From positions 2,790,001 to 2,822,000 of the forward strand of contig NC_000964.3 of NCBI RefSeq assembly GCF_000009045.1: a stretch of 32,000 nt of DNA. The letters are read 5' to 3'. Positions 16,286 to 26,534 of this stretch are shown here, piece by piece. The notes under the pieces were generated by a model. The model was not told the DNA's origin, searched no databases, and saw only the letters and a list, made by a program, of their open reading frames with translations. The translations under genes were made by a program, and so were the position numbers. Each line of letters begins with the position of its first letter. Position 1 is the first letter of the stretch. Source of the stretch: Bacillus subtilis subsp. subtilis str. 168 (lineage in GTDB: Bacteria; Bacillota; Bacilli; Bacillales; Bacillaceae).

Positions 16286-18682
16286 TTATTGCTGTTCTTC
16301 TTTCATAAAATCGAATGGTGTAATGCCTTCCATGCCAATGTTGGCGTCGTGTACGCTGAACGGGAGCTCTTTTTGCAAAGCTTCAAGCTCGGCATCCATT
16401 TCCTCAACCTGTACGGACAGCCTGTTTTTCAAGGAGGTCTGTCTGACAGTTGCATCATTATTTTTCACGCCCCACTCCAGCGCCTCCTCTTCCCCGCATA
16501 AAATGAGAAATTTCTTCGCTCTTGTAATCGCGGTATAAAGAAGGTTTCTTCTGAGCATTCTATAATAGCCTTTCACAACAGGCAAAACCACAATCGGAAA
16601 TTCACTTCCCTGCGATTTATGAATAGAACAGCAATACGCATGGGTAAATTGATTAAAATCTTTTTTCGTAAATGTCATTTCATTGCCGTCAAAAGAAACG
16701 ACGGCCATGTCTTCTTTTTCTGTATTTTCCTTTGCATAAAATATCGACGTGATTTCGCCAATATCTCCGTTGAACACATTGTTTTCCGGCTGATTGACAA
16801 GCTGCAAAATTTTATCTCCGGTTCTGTAGACAACATCCCCGAACTTCAATTCTCTCCGTTTTTCTTTAGGAGGATTTAAAATGTCCTGCAGCATCACATT
16901 CAATTCATTAATGCCGGCTTTTCCTCTGTACATCGGAGCGAGGACCTGAATGTCCTTTGCTGTATAGCCTTTTTTCAATGCATTGGCGACAACCTTCTCA
17001 ACTACTTCTTTGATTTGCGACCCGCCGCAGCGAATAAAGGAACGGTCCTTTGTCGGGGCAGTCAAATTGTTCGGCAGCAATCCATTTTTCATCTGGTGGG
17101 CAAGCTCGACGATTGATGACCCTTCTGCCTGGCGATAGATGTCTGTCAGTCTCACAGTCGGAATCACCTGGGATGCCAGCAGGTCTCTGAGCACTTGTCC
17201 CGGACCGACGGAAGGCAGCTGGTCTTCGTCTCCGACAATGATGATTTGTATATGATCAGGGATCGCCTTGAACAAATGATTCGCCAGCCATATATCAAGC
17301 ATACTGGCTTCATCGATAATTAACAGCTTCCCTTCGATCGGCTGATCCTCTGTATGAGTAAAGCCTTCAGCGCCGTTCCAGCCAAGCAGCCTGTGTATCG
17401 TAACTGCAGGGAGTCCCGTTGATTCACTCATCCGTTTTGCTGCTCTCCCTGTCGGAGCGGCCAAAACAATCGGAAAAGCTTCATCCTTTTTATAAGCTGA
17501 CGGGTCTAGTGACACACCGTGAAGCTCTCCGTAGAGCTCGACAATCCCTCTGATTACCGTCGTTTTTCCTGTTCCCGGGCCGCCTGTTAAAAGAAGCATC
17601 GGCGAGGAAAGGGCTTTTTGAATCGCTTCCTTCTGGCTGGGGGCATACTGAACGTCCATCCGTTCTTCCAGTTCTCCCAACGCGAGCAAAAACTCTGATT
17701 CGGGAAACTGGTTCTCATATTCGGTTTGGCTAGCGATATGTTTCACACGCTTTGCAACGTTTTGTTCTGCGTAAAACAGCGAAGGAAAATAACAGCGGCC
17801 ATCTTCTATGACAATGTCTTTATTTTCTCCAAGGGCAATAATTGCGTTAGCGGCATCCATTTCTGTAATGCGCTGCCCTTCCCTTGCTGACTGGTTTAAC
17901 AGTGATTGAGTGTCGATGATCAGCTGTTCCGTTTCTATGTACGTGTGCCCCTCTGACAGACAAGTCGTTTCAAGCGTGTACAAAATAGCAGCTTTTACCC
18001 GCTCAGGATGATTACCCGAAAGACCCATTCTGCTGCCCAGCTCATCCGCTTTTCCAAACCCGATGCCTTCTACATCCTTCACAAGCTGATAAGGATTTTC
18101 CTGAATCTTTTCAAGCGTCTCGGATTCATAGGCTTGATAGATTTTCATAGACAGCTGCGGGCCAAAGCCAAACTGATTCAAGGAAATCATGATTTGCTCC
18201 AGTCCCTGATGCCGCTGCAATGCGCCAGCCAGCGTGTCTGCTTTCTTTTTTGAGAGTCTGGGAACATCATAAAGCACTGAAGCATCAGCCAATATTTTAT
18301 TAATGGCGCTGTCGCCCAGCTTTTTCACAATTTCTTCAGCTGTTTTTTTGCCGATCCCCTCGAATAAATCACTCGATAAATATTGAATGATGCCTTCCTT
18401 AGTCGTTGGAATCTCCTTTTTGAAATGCTCCGCCTGAAATTGGAGCCCGAATTTTGGATGGGTTACGATCTTTCCGTAAAACGTGTAGGTCTCTTCTTCT
18501 TGAAGCGCAGGGAAGTAGCCCGTCACGGATACGGCTTTATCTTCAATGGCTTCGGAGGTCTCTGTGACTTTCACTTTCAGAACCGTATATAAATTGGTGT
18601 CATTATGATAGATGACTGTGTTGACTGTCCCTTTTAAATAGGGCTCTTCCTCCAGTTTAAGCTGATCCGGATGCTGCTGCAC
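16286..18682 (-). CDS. recD2: RecD2-type SF1B 5'-3' DNA helicase (798 aa)
   Basis: Walker A GGPGTGKTT, Walker B LLIIDEASM, and C-terminal motifs AYCCSIHKSQGSEF and LLYTAITRAK. GTG start lies 7 nt after AGGAGGAGGG. Confidence 0.95.
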   Translation of the reverse strand: MQQHPDQLKLEEEPYLKGTVNTVIYHNDTNLYTVLKVKVTETSEAIEDKAVSVTGYFPALQEEETYTFYGKIVTHPKFGLQFQAEHFKKEIPTTKEGIIQYLSSDLFEGIGKKTAEEIVKKLGDSAINKILADASVLYDVPRLSKKKADTLAGALQRHQGLEQIMISLNQFGFGPQLSMKIYQAYESETLEKIQENPYQLVKDVEGIGFGKADELGSRMGLSGNHPERVKAAILYTLETTCLSEGHTYIETEQLIIDTQSLLNQSAREGQRITEMDAANAIIALGENKDIVIEDGRCYFPSLFYAEQNVAKRVKHIASQTEYENQFPESEFLLALGELEERMDVQYAPSQKEAIQKALSSPMLLLTGGPGTGKTTVIRGIVELYGELHGVSLDPSAYKKDEAFPIVLAAPTGRAAKRMSESTGLPAVTIHRLLGWNGAEGFTHTEDQPIEGKLLIIDEASMLDIWLANHLFKAIPDHIQIIIVGDEDQLPSVGPGQVLRDLLASQVIPTVRLTDIYRQAEGSSIVELAHQMKNGLLPNNLTAPTKDRSFIRCGGSQIKEVVEKVVANALKKGYTAKDIQVLAPMYRGKAGINELNVMLQDILNPPKEKRRELKFGDVVYRTGDKILQLVNQPENNVFNGDIGEITSIFYAKENTEKEDMAVVSFDGNEMTFTKKDFNQFTHAYCCSIHKSQGSEFPIVVLPVVKGYYRMLRRNLLYTAITRAKKFLILCGEEEALEWGVKNNDATVRQTSLKNRLSVQVEEMDAELEALQKELPFSVHDANIGMEGITPFDFMKEEQQ

Positions 18683-18706
18683 GAGCTGTCCCTCCTCCTG
18701 TGCCTG

Positions 18707-19357
18707 TTATGATGGATCAATCAGTTTTTTAGCATGAAGCGCAAGCATATGATCTGGCTGGATATCGATTGCCTTGTCCAGCATTTCCAGCGCTTTTTCT
18801 CGGTTTTCTTTATAAGCATAAGTGACACCGGCATTATAAAATGCATCTGCATGCCCCGGGTCTTGCTCTGTCACAGCTGCGAATTGGCTGAGCGCTTCGT
18901 CCAGCATGCCCTCGTTGGCTAAGCACATCCCGAATTGAAAACGCGCTTCCGTATCGTTTTCATTCAGTTCGACTGCTCTTTGTAAATATGGCAGTGCAAG
19001 CTTAGGCTGTTCGAGCTTGACAAGTACCGTTCCGAGCATGTAAAACAGGTCGCCGTTTTCCATCCCCGCACGTAGCGCTTTTTCAAACATGTCTTTCGCT
19101 TCTTTGTACATTTCTTTTACAACATAGACATTTCCTGCTCCATAATAAGCAGTGGCTGCGCTACTGTCTAATTCAAGCGCTTTATCATAAAACGCAAGCG
19201 CACGTTCCAGCTCGTTTACGGATGAAAGAAGGTTGGCAAAATTGATATACGGAATCGCGTCTTCTTTATTTTCTTCAATCGCTTTTGTAAATGCCTCTGC
19301 CGCTTTCTCGTAATCGCCTTCCTGCATCGCCTCTATACCGAGTTGATTATAATCCAC
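18707..19357 (-). CDS. yrrB: TPR-repeat protein YrrB (216 aa from GTG)
   Basis: Repeated 34-aa TPR units (AxxxYxxAlelD...). GTG at 19357 lies 7 nt after AAAGGAAG; an internal Met11 is an alternative start. Confidence 0.85.
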   Translation of the reverse strand: MDYNQLGIEAMQEGDYEKAAEAFTKAIEENKEDAIPYINFANLLSSVNELERALAFYDKALELDSSAATAYYGAGNVYVVKEMYKEAKDMFEKALRAGMENGDLFYMLGTVLVKLEQPKLALPYLQRAVELNENDTEARFQFGMCLANEGMLDEALSQFAAVTEQDPGHADAFYNAGVTYAYKENREKALEMLDKAIDIQPDHMLALHAKKLIDPS

Positions 19358-19376
19358 CGATCATCTTCCTTTCATT

Positions 19377-19406
19377 AAAAAACCCCAACTCAGTGTTGAG
19401 GTTTTT
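19377..19406 (-). terminator. mnmA terminator
   Basis: AAAACCUCAAC-acug-AGUUGGGGUUUU (one G.U pair) followed by UUAAUG, 7 nt after the mnmA stop. The yrrB SD follows within 5 nt. Confidence 0.7.
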
Positions 19407-19412
19407 CATCTT

Positions 19413-20555
<1,143 letters not shown>

Positions 20556-20558
20556 TTA

Positions 20559-21698
20559 TTATGTCAGCCGTTTGACAACGTCGGCCACATGTTTGGCAGC
20601 AGTTTTCACTTGCTCAGCCGTATTGCCGAGGCCGAAGCTGATTCGAATAGAGGACGTCAGCCGGTCACTCTCTTCGCCGAACATAGCAGTCAGAACATGT
20701 GACGGCAGGACTGAACCGGCCGTGCACGCTGAACCGCTGGAGACAGCGACACCAGCCATATCAAGATTAACCAGCAGCGCTTCCACTGACACACCGGGGA
20801 AATAAAGATTCAGAACATGCGGCAGACTATGCTCTTTGTCCCCGTTGACCTCGAATGCCACACCTGCATCTCTAAGCGTGTCGGCAAAGATTGCTTTAAA
20901 CGATTGATACTTCTCGTTTTTTTCGTCACGTTCTTCACTTGACAGCTTGATCGCTTCTTTCAGCCCGACAATGCCTGGAACATTTTCCGTTCCGGCACGG
21001 CGTTTTCTTTCTTGCTCTCCTCCGAATAAAAGGGGTGAAAGCTTCACATCTTTACTAGCATATAAAAAGCCTGTCCCTTTTGGCCCGTTGAGCTTGTGCC
21101 CGGAAACAGACAGAAGGTCAATATGGCTGTTTTTCACATCAATTGGCAGCAACCCGAATGCCTGAACAGCATCGGTATGAAAATAAGCTTTGTGTTCCTT
21201 TAACAGCTCACCGATTTCTTCGATCGGCTGCACTGTTCCGACTTCATTATTTCCATACATCACTGTCACAAGGATTGTATCATCACGCAGTGCTTCTTTC
21301 ACCTGTTTTGCACTGACTCTTCCATTTTGGTCAACGTCCAGATACGTTATGTCAAATCCGTCTCCCTCAAGTTTTTCACATGTGTGAAGCACGGCGTGAT
21401 GCTCAATTTTTGTTGTGATGATATGTCTGCCAAGATCTTTTCTTGCAAGTGCGGTTCCCATGATCGCCAAGTTATCAGCTTCCGTTCCCCCGCTTGTAAA
21501 AATGATCTCCTGCTCTGCCGCTCCGATTTCTGCTGCGATCTGCGCTCTTGCTTCATCCACCCATTTTCGAGATTCTCTGCCAAATGAATGAATACTGGAG
21601 GGATTACCGAAACTGCCGGAGAAGTGCGGTATCATTTGTTCCAGCACGCGCTCATCCATCGGAGACGTTGCGGCATGATCTAAATAAATCCGTTCCAT
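20559..21698 (-). CDS. yrvO: Cysteine desulfurase (NifS/IscS-like, 379 aa), sulfur donor for MnmA
   Basis: PLP-lysine context LSVSGHKLNGPKG and active-site loop SSGSACTAG. SD AGAGGTG overlaps the end of cymR. Confidence 0.93.
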   Translation of the reverse strand: MERIYLDHAATSPMDERVLEQMIPHFSGSFGNPSSIHSFGRESRKWVDEARAQIAAEIGAAEQEIIFTSGGTEADNLAIMGTALARKDLGRHIITTKIEHHAVLHTCEKLEGDGFDITYLDVDQNGRVSAKQVKEALRDDTILVTVMYGNNEVGTVQPIEEIGELLKEHKAYFHTDAVQAFGLLPIDVKNSHIDLLSVSGHKLNGPKGTGFLYASKDVKLSPLLFGGEQERKRRAGTENVPGIVGLKEAIKLSSEERDEKNEKYQSFKAIFADTLRDAGVAFEVNGDKEHSLPHVLNLYFPGVSVEALLVNLDMAGVAVSSGSACTAGSVLPSHVLTAMFGEESDRLTSSIRISFGLGNTAEQVKTAAKHVADVVKRLT

Positions 21699-21716
21699 TA
21701 TGTTTACACCTCTGAT

Positions 21717-22133
21717 CTAAATATAGAACATATAAGCTTCTTGCTCTCCGTCTGTATAGCTGGCAAGATCCTCTAATGTTGTACTGTCTAAAACCTCTTT
21801 TACAGCATCCCGGATGCGAATCCAGAGCTCACGCTTGGCAGGCTCCTCATCTTCCAGCACTTCAACAGGGCTGATCGGCCCCTCAAGCACACGGATAATA
21901 TCTCCCGCAGTAATGGCATCCGGCTCACTGCCTAATACATATCCGCCATATGCGCCTCTGATGCTTTTCACTAAACCGGCATTTCTGAGCGGCGATACCA
22001 GCTGCTCCAAATAATGCTCGGACAAATTATTCGTCTGTGCGATGCTTTTTAATGAAGTCGGGCCTTCACCGTGCTTTTTTGCAAGCTCGATCATAATGGT
22101 GAGCCCGTATCTTCCCTTAGTTGATATTTTCAA
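21717..22133 (-). CDS. cymR: Rrf2-family cysteine metabolism repressor CymR (138 aa)
   Basis: TTG at 22133 lies 6 nt after GAGGTG and gives MKISTKGRYGLTIMIELAKK..., an Rrf2 wHTH. The upstream in-frame ATGs lack a properly spaced SD. Confidence 0.9.
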   Translation of the reverse strand: MKISTKGRYGLTIMIELAKKHGEGPTSLKSIAQTNNLSEHYLEQLVSPLRNAGLVKSIRGAYGGYVLGSEPDAITAGDIIRVLEGPISPVEVLEDEEPAKRELWIRIRDAVKEVLDSTTLEDLASYTDGEQEAYMFYI

Positions 22134-22224
22134 CATGAACACCTCTGTTATTTCATGATTTTCCACATTTATAATGGTAATTTCTATATGTTTCGTCCGT
22201 TTATTATCTTATAGACCAACTGTT

Positions 22225-22233
22225 ATTATAACA
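22225..22233 (-). promoter_or_regulatory. Candidate extended -10 promoter of cymR (TGtTATAAT)
   Basis: The complement of 22225-22233 reads TGTTATAAT. The -35 region is weak (ATGAAA at 17 nt spacing). Confidence 0.5.
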
Positions 22234-22335
22234 TACCTTCAGCGAATTTTCATTGAGGCAGAAGGAAAGGGGCCTTTACCCTTTTCTAATGTACGGTTTT
22301 CCGTTACCCTGTAATTAAGTAAGGAGAGATGATAG

Positions 22336-23601
22336 ATGAAGCCATTGGCATATCGGATGCGTCCGACAAAAATAGAGGATATTATCGGCCAGCAGCATCT
22401 GGTGGCTGAAGATAAAATTATTGGCAGAATGGTCCAGGCAAAACATTTGTCATCCATGATTTTGTACGGGCCGCCCGGAATTGGAAAAACATCAATCGCA
22501 ACAGCAATCGCCGGTTCAACAAGTATTGCTTTTCGAAAGCTGAATGCTGTCATTAACAATAAAAAAGATATGGAAATCGTAGCTCAGGAAGCCAAGATGT
22601 CCGGCCAAGTGATTTTGATTCTGGATGAAGTCCACAGGCTGGATAAAGGAAAACAGGATTTTCTATTACCCTATTTAGAAAACGGAATGATCATTTTGAT
22701 CGGAGCAACGACGGCTAACCCGTATCATGCCATTAATCCGGCGATCAGAAGCCGGACCCAGATTTTTGAGCTTGAACCGTTAACACCTGAACTGATTAAA
22801 CAGGCACTGGAACGTGCGCTCCATGATGAGCATCGGGGCCTTGGCACCTATTCTGTATCCATTGATGATCAGGCGATGGAGCATTTTGCCCACGGATGCG
22901 GAGGAGATGTCCGCTCCGCTTTAAATGCGCTTGAGCTTGCCGTGTTGTCAACGAAGGAGTCAGCAGACGGTGAAATTCACATTACATTAGAAACCGCGGA
23001 AGAATGCTTGCAGAAAAAAAGCTTTTCTCACGATAAAGATGGTGACGCGCATTATGATGTACTGTCCGCTTTTCAAAAATCAATCCGCGGCTCTGATGCC
23101 AACGCTGCTCTTCACTATTTGGCTAGATTAATTGAAGCCGGTGATCTGGAGAGCATCGCAAGACGATTGCTTGTTATCGCCTATGAGGATATCGGTTTAG
23201 CAAGCCCGCAAGCCGGCCCTAGAGTGCTGAACGCTATTCAGACCGCTGAGCGAGTCGGGTTTCCTGAAGCGCGAATCCCGCTGGCCAACGCAGTTATTGA
23301 GCTTTGCCTCTCACCGAAATCAAACTCTGCCATTCTGGCAATCGATGAGGCCCTGGCAGATATCAGAGCCGGAAAAATTGGGGATGTCCCGAAGCATTTA
23401 AAAGACGCGCATTATAAAGGAGCTCAGGAATTAGGAAGAGGAATCGACTATAAATACCCGCACAATTACGACAACGGTTGGGTCGAACAACAATACCTCC
23501 CTGATCCTCTGAAAAATAAGCAATACTATAAGCCGAAACAGACTGGAAAGTTCGAATCTGCCTTAAAGCAGGTGTACGATAAATTAATGAAAAGAAAATA
23601 A
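22336..23601 (+). CDS. rarA: Replication-associated recombination protein RarA/MgsA (AAA+ ATPase, 421 aa)
   Basis: Walker A GPPGIGKTS, Walker B ILILDEVHR, and an MgsA C-terminal domain. SD AAGGAGAG lies 7 nt upstream. Confidence 0.95.
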   Translation: MKPLAYRMRPTKIEDIIGQQHLVAEDKIIGRMVQAKHLSSMILYGPPGIGKTSIATAIAGSTSIAFRKLNAVINNKKDMEIVAQEAKMSGQVILILDEVHRLDKGKQDFLLPYLENGMIILIGATTANPYHAINPAIRSRTQIFELEPLTPELIKQALERALHDEHRGLGTYSVSIDDQAMEHFAHGCGGDVRSALNALELAVLSTKESADGEIHITLETAEECLQKKSFSHDKDGDAHYDVLSAFQKSIRGSDANAALHYLARLIEAGDLESIARRLLVIAYEDIGLASPQAGPRVLNAIQTAERVGFPEARIPLANAVIELCLSPKSNSAILAIDEALADIRAGKIGDVPKHLKDAHYKGAQELGRGIDYKYPHNYDNGWVEQQYLPDPLKNKQYYKPKQTGKFESALKQVYDKLMKRK

Positions 23602-23603
23602 AA

Positions 23604-23638
23604 CAAAAAAACAGCCTTGATCATCAAGGCTGTTTTTA
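23604..23638. terminator. Bidirectional terminator between convergent rarA and tcdA
   Basis: AAAAAAACAGCCUUGA-uca-UCAAGGCUGUUUUU is a perfect 10-bp stem with A and U tracts on either side. Confidence 0.9.
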
Positions 23639-23642
23639 TGCA

Positions 23643-24407
23643 TTATTTATCCTTCACACGTTTGATTTCAATGTCTTTCAAAAGATCCATGACAACATGT
23701 CCGCCCATAATCAAACCTGCAACTGACGGCACAAAAGCATTAGAGGAAGGCGGCATTTTTGCTTTACGTATTTTCGCTTCGTCATTCCCCACTTCTTTTC
23801 TGACATCTTCCCGAATAACAATCGGGCTTTCATCAGAGAAAATCACTTGAACGCCTTTTTTGATACCCTCCTTGCGTAATTTCGTACGAACGACCTTCGC
23901 AATTGGATCAGTGTGCGTTTTTGAGATATCAGCGATTTGGAAGCGTGTCGGATCCGTTTTATTTGCAGCACCCATGCTGGAGATGAGCGGAATATCCCGT
24001 TTTAGACATTCTTTCATTAAATGAATTTTATAACAAATGGTGTCTGACGCATCAATGACATAGTCAAGACCATAGTCAAAAAACTGCTCATACGTTTCCT
24101 CCGTATAGAACATTTTTAACGCGATCACTTCACACTCCGGGTTAATGTCTGCGATCCGCGCCTTCATTAAATCAACTTTCGGCTGTCCGACAGTTGAAAG
24201 CAGCGCGTGAAGCTGACGATTTACATTTGTAATGTCGACATCATCTTTGTCGACAAGCAGAATGCGGCCGACGCCTGACCGCGCGAGAGCTTCCGCCGCG
24301 AACGACCCGACTCCCCCGACTCCAAGCACAGCAACTGTGCTGTTTTTCAGCGTTTCAAGGCCTTCTTTTCCGATAGCTAATTCATTGCGTGAAAACTGGT
24401 GTAACAA
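23643..24407 (-). CDS. tcdA: ThiF/HesA-family tRNA threonylcarbamoyladenosine dehydratase TcdA/YrvM (254 aa)
   Basis: Rossmann motif VLGVGGVGS. TTG at 24407 closely follows GGAGTGAGG, while the track ATG at 24440 has no SD. Confidence 0.88.
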   Translation of the reverse strand: MLHQFSRNELAIGKEGLETLKNSTVAVLGVGGVGSFAAEALARSGVGRILLVDKDDVDITNVNRQLHALLSTVGQPKVDLMKARIADINPECEVIALKMFYTEETYEQFFDYGLDYVIDASDTICYKIHLMKECLKRDIPLISSMGAANKTDPTRFQIADISKTHTDPIAKVVRTKLRKEGIKKGVQVIFSDESPIVIREDVRKEVGNDEAKIRKAKMPPSSNAFVPSVAGLIMGGHVVMDLLKDIEIKRVKDK

Positions 24408-24449
24408 GAACCTCACTCCACATTCGTATTCTGGTTTCATCTATAAAAT

Positions 24450-24478
24450 GGCTGATCCATGAGCAGCCGTTTTTTCTG
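24450..24478. terminator. Hairpin downstream of the 6S-1 gene, with U-tracts in both orientations
   Basis: GGCUGAUC-cau-GAGCAGCC (one mismatch). The minus-strand reading is followed by AUUUUAU and the plus-strand reading by GUUUUUUC. Confidence 0.6.
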
Positions 24479-24490
24479 CGCACAAAAAAT

Positions 24491-24682
24491 AAAGTCCCAA
24501 TAGTGCCGTTGCAGCTTTCCTTTGTTTTGAACCCGCTCTCAGCAGGTGGGTGCCCTCTTTTAAATCTTGTAAGTCCTCTTTACCGAATGAAAAGAGGCAT
24601 GTACGCCATTTAAAAATGCGGGCTCCCAAATCAAAAAAATGTTCGGTCAAAACTAGGTGTACAACTAACACATCAGGACTTT
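24491..24682 (-). ncRNA. bsrA: 6S-1 RNA (sigma-A RNA polymerase-binding regulatory RNA)
   Basis: The minus strand reads AAAGUCCUGAUGUGUUAGUUGUACACC...GCAACGGCACUAUUGGGACUUU. The termini form a long closing helix (AAAGUCC/GGGACUUU) and the length is ~190 nt. Sequence and position between aspS and yrvM match my recollection of B. subtilis 6S-1. Confidence 0.9.
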
Positions 24683-24697
24683 ATTTAACTTGTCAAA

Positions 24698-24726
24698 ATC
24701 ATATCACAGACGATTTTGATTTTCAA
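24698..24726 (-). promoter_or_regulatory. Candidate sigma-A promoter of bsrA (TTGAAA-17 nt-TATGAT)
   Basis: -35 is the complement of 24721-24726, -10 is the complement of 24698-24703, and the spacer is 17 nt. The predicted start lies ~9 nt upstream of the helix-defined 5' end, implying 5' trimming. Confidence 0.6.
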
Positions 24727-24742
24727 GAATCGAACTGCAAAT

Positions 24743-26521
24743 TCAGTTCTTAACTTTTTTCTTGATAGAAAGATGAAGCTCGTCAAGCTGGGCGTCGCTT
24801 ACTTCGCCTGGCGCTTCTGTCATCAGGCAGCTTGCACTTGCCGTTTTCGGGAATGCAATCGTATCTCTCAGGTTCGTACGTCCAGCGAGAAGCATAACGA
24901 GACGGTCTAAGCCGAGTGCGATTCCGCCGTGCGGAGGAGCGCCGTATTCAAATGCTTCCAGCAGGAATCCGAACTGTTCAGCCGCTTCTTCTGGTGAGAA
25001 GCCGAGAAGCGCAAACATTTTTTCCTGAATATCCTTTTCGAAAATACGGATTGAACCGCCGCCAAGCTCATAGCCGTTTAAGACGAGGTCATAAGCTTGC
25101 GCTTTCATGTCTTCAGGCGCTGTTTCAATCAGCTCAAGGTCTTCTCGGACAGGCATTGTGAACGGATGGTGCGCTGCGTAAAAACGGCCTTCTTCCGGAT
25201 CATGCTCTAATAGCGGCCAGTCGATGACCCATAAGAAATTGAACAATTTTTCGTCAATCAGTCCGCGTTCTTTCCCAAGCTTTAAGCGCAGGGCGCCGAG
25301 TGATGCGGCCACAACTTCGAATTGATCCGCTCCGAACAGCAGCAAATCACCTTCAGCAGCATCAAGTGCTTCAATCAGCTTAGACTGCTTTTCTTCATCA
25401 AAGAATTTAGCGATCGGGCCTTTCACTCCGTCTGCCTCAACCTTCACCCAGGCAAGCCCTTTTGCCCCGTAGTTTGCAGCAAAAGCGCCAAGAGCGTCGA
25501 TGTCTTTTCTGGAGTAATCGCCGGCACCGCCTTTTACATTGATGGCTTTGACCACGCCGCCGTTTGCTACAGCTGATGAGAACACTTTAAATTCCGTATC
25601 CTTTACAATGTCAGACACATCCGTCAAAAGCATGTCAAAACGCGTATCCGGTTTATCAGACCCGTACTTGTTCATTGCTTCGTCATACGTCATTCGAGGA
25701 AGAGGAAGCTGAAGTTCCTCACCTTTTGTTTCACGCATAACCTTTGCCATCATCTCCTCAGCCAATGACATAATGTCTTCCTGGCTCATAAAGGACATTT
25801 CAATATCAATTTGCGTAAACTCAGGCTGACGGTCCGCACGCAAGTCTTCATCGCGGAAACAGCGGGCAATTTGATAATATCGTTCAATGCCTGATACCAT
25901 CAGAAGCTGTTTAAATAGCTGCGGAGACTGCGGCAGCGCGTAGAACTCACCTTCGTGCACACGGCTCGGCACCAAGTAGTCACGTGCGCCTTCAGGCGTG
26001 CTTCCTGTTAAAATCGGCGTTTCAATATCAAGAAACCCATTTTCATCTAAAAAGCTGCGAACAGCTTTCGTCACGTTATGGCGCAGCTGCATCGTCTGGA
26101 ACATAGCCGGTCTGCGCAAATCTAAGTAACGGTGTTTTAAACGAACGTCCTCTGACACTTCTTCAGCTTGATCAGAAATCGCAAATGGAGGTGTCTTTGC
26201 AGCATTTAATACGTTCACTCCATCAGCATGTATTTCGATCGCGCCTGTTTTCAAATTCGGATTAACTGTTCCCTCTTCACGCGCCACCACTTTTCCTTGA
26301 ATATCAAGCACGTATTCATTTCTGATGCCTTCCGCAATAGCAAGCGCTTCTTTTGACACATCAGGGTTAAAAACGACTTGAACAATGCCCGTACGGTCAC
26401 GCAAGTCAATAAAAATCAATCCGCCGAGGTCTCGTCTTTTTTGGACCCAGCCTTTCAGCGTTACAGATTCGCCAATTGCTTTTTCAGTTATATCACCGCA
26501 ATAATATGTTCTTCCAAACAA
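24743..26521 (-). CDS. aspS: Aspartate--tRNA ligase (592 aa)
   Basis: OB-fold N-terminal domain, class IIb motifs ([25 protein letters not shown]) and a GAD insertion. TTG start lies 9 nt after GGAG and overlaps the end of hisS. Confidence 0.98.
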   Translation of the reverse strand: MFGRTYYCGDITEKAIGESVTLKGWVQKRRDLGGLIFIDLRDRTGIVQVVFNPDVSKEALAIAEGIRNEYVLDIQGKVVAREEGTVNPNLKTGAIEIHADGVNVLNAAKTPPFAISDQAEEVSEDVRLKHRYLDLRRPAMFQTMQLRHNVTKAVRSFLDENGFLDIETPILTGSTPEGARDYLVPSRVHEGEFYALPQSPQLFKQLLMVSGIERYYQIARCFRDEDLRADRQPEFTQIDIEMSFMSQEDIMSLAEEMMAKVMRETKGEELQLPLPRMTYDEAMNKYGSDKPDTRFDMLLTDVSDIVKDTEFKVFSSAVANGGVVKAINVKGGAGDYSRKDIDALGAFAANYGAKGLAWVKVEADGVKGPIAKFFDEEKQSKLIEALDAAEGDLLLFGADQFEVVAASLGALRLKLGKERGLIDEKLFNFLWVIDWPLLEHDPEEGRFYAAHHPFTMPVREDLELIETAPEDMKAQAYDLVLNGYELGGGSIRIFEKDIQEKMFALLGFSPEEAAEQFGFLLEAFEYGAPPHGGIALGLDRLVMLLAGRTNLRDTIAFPKTASASCLMTEAPGEVSDAQLDELHLSIKKKVKN

Positions 26522-26534
26522 TGCGTTTCACTCC

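Noticed and set aside
22239-22559. 106-aa minus-strand ORF overlapping the rarA start region
   Set aside because: It is antisense to the Walker A region of rarA and to the rarA SD, and has no SD of its own. The rarA frame has clear AAA+ motifs.
24441-24671. 76-aa minus-strand ORF, and a 74-aa plus-strand ORF at 24389-24613, in the aspS-tcdA gap
   Set aside because: The region is explained by the 6S-1 RNA gene and its terminator. Neither ORF has an SD.
24732-24749. Hairpin GAACUG-n6-CAGUUC overlapping the aspS stop codon
   Set aside because: It has only 6 bp and no U-tract, so it is not credible as a terminator. I mention it only as context for read-through into bsrA.
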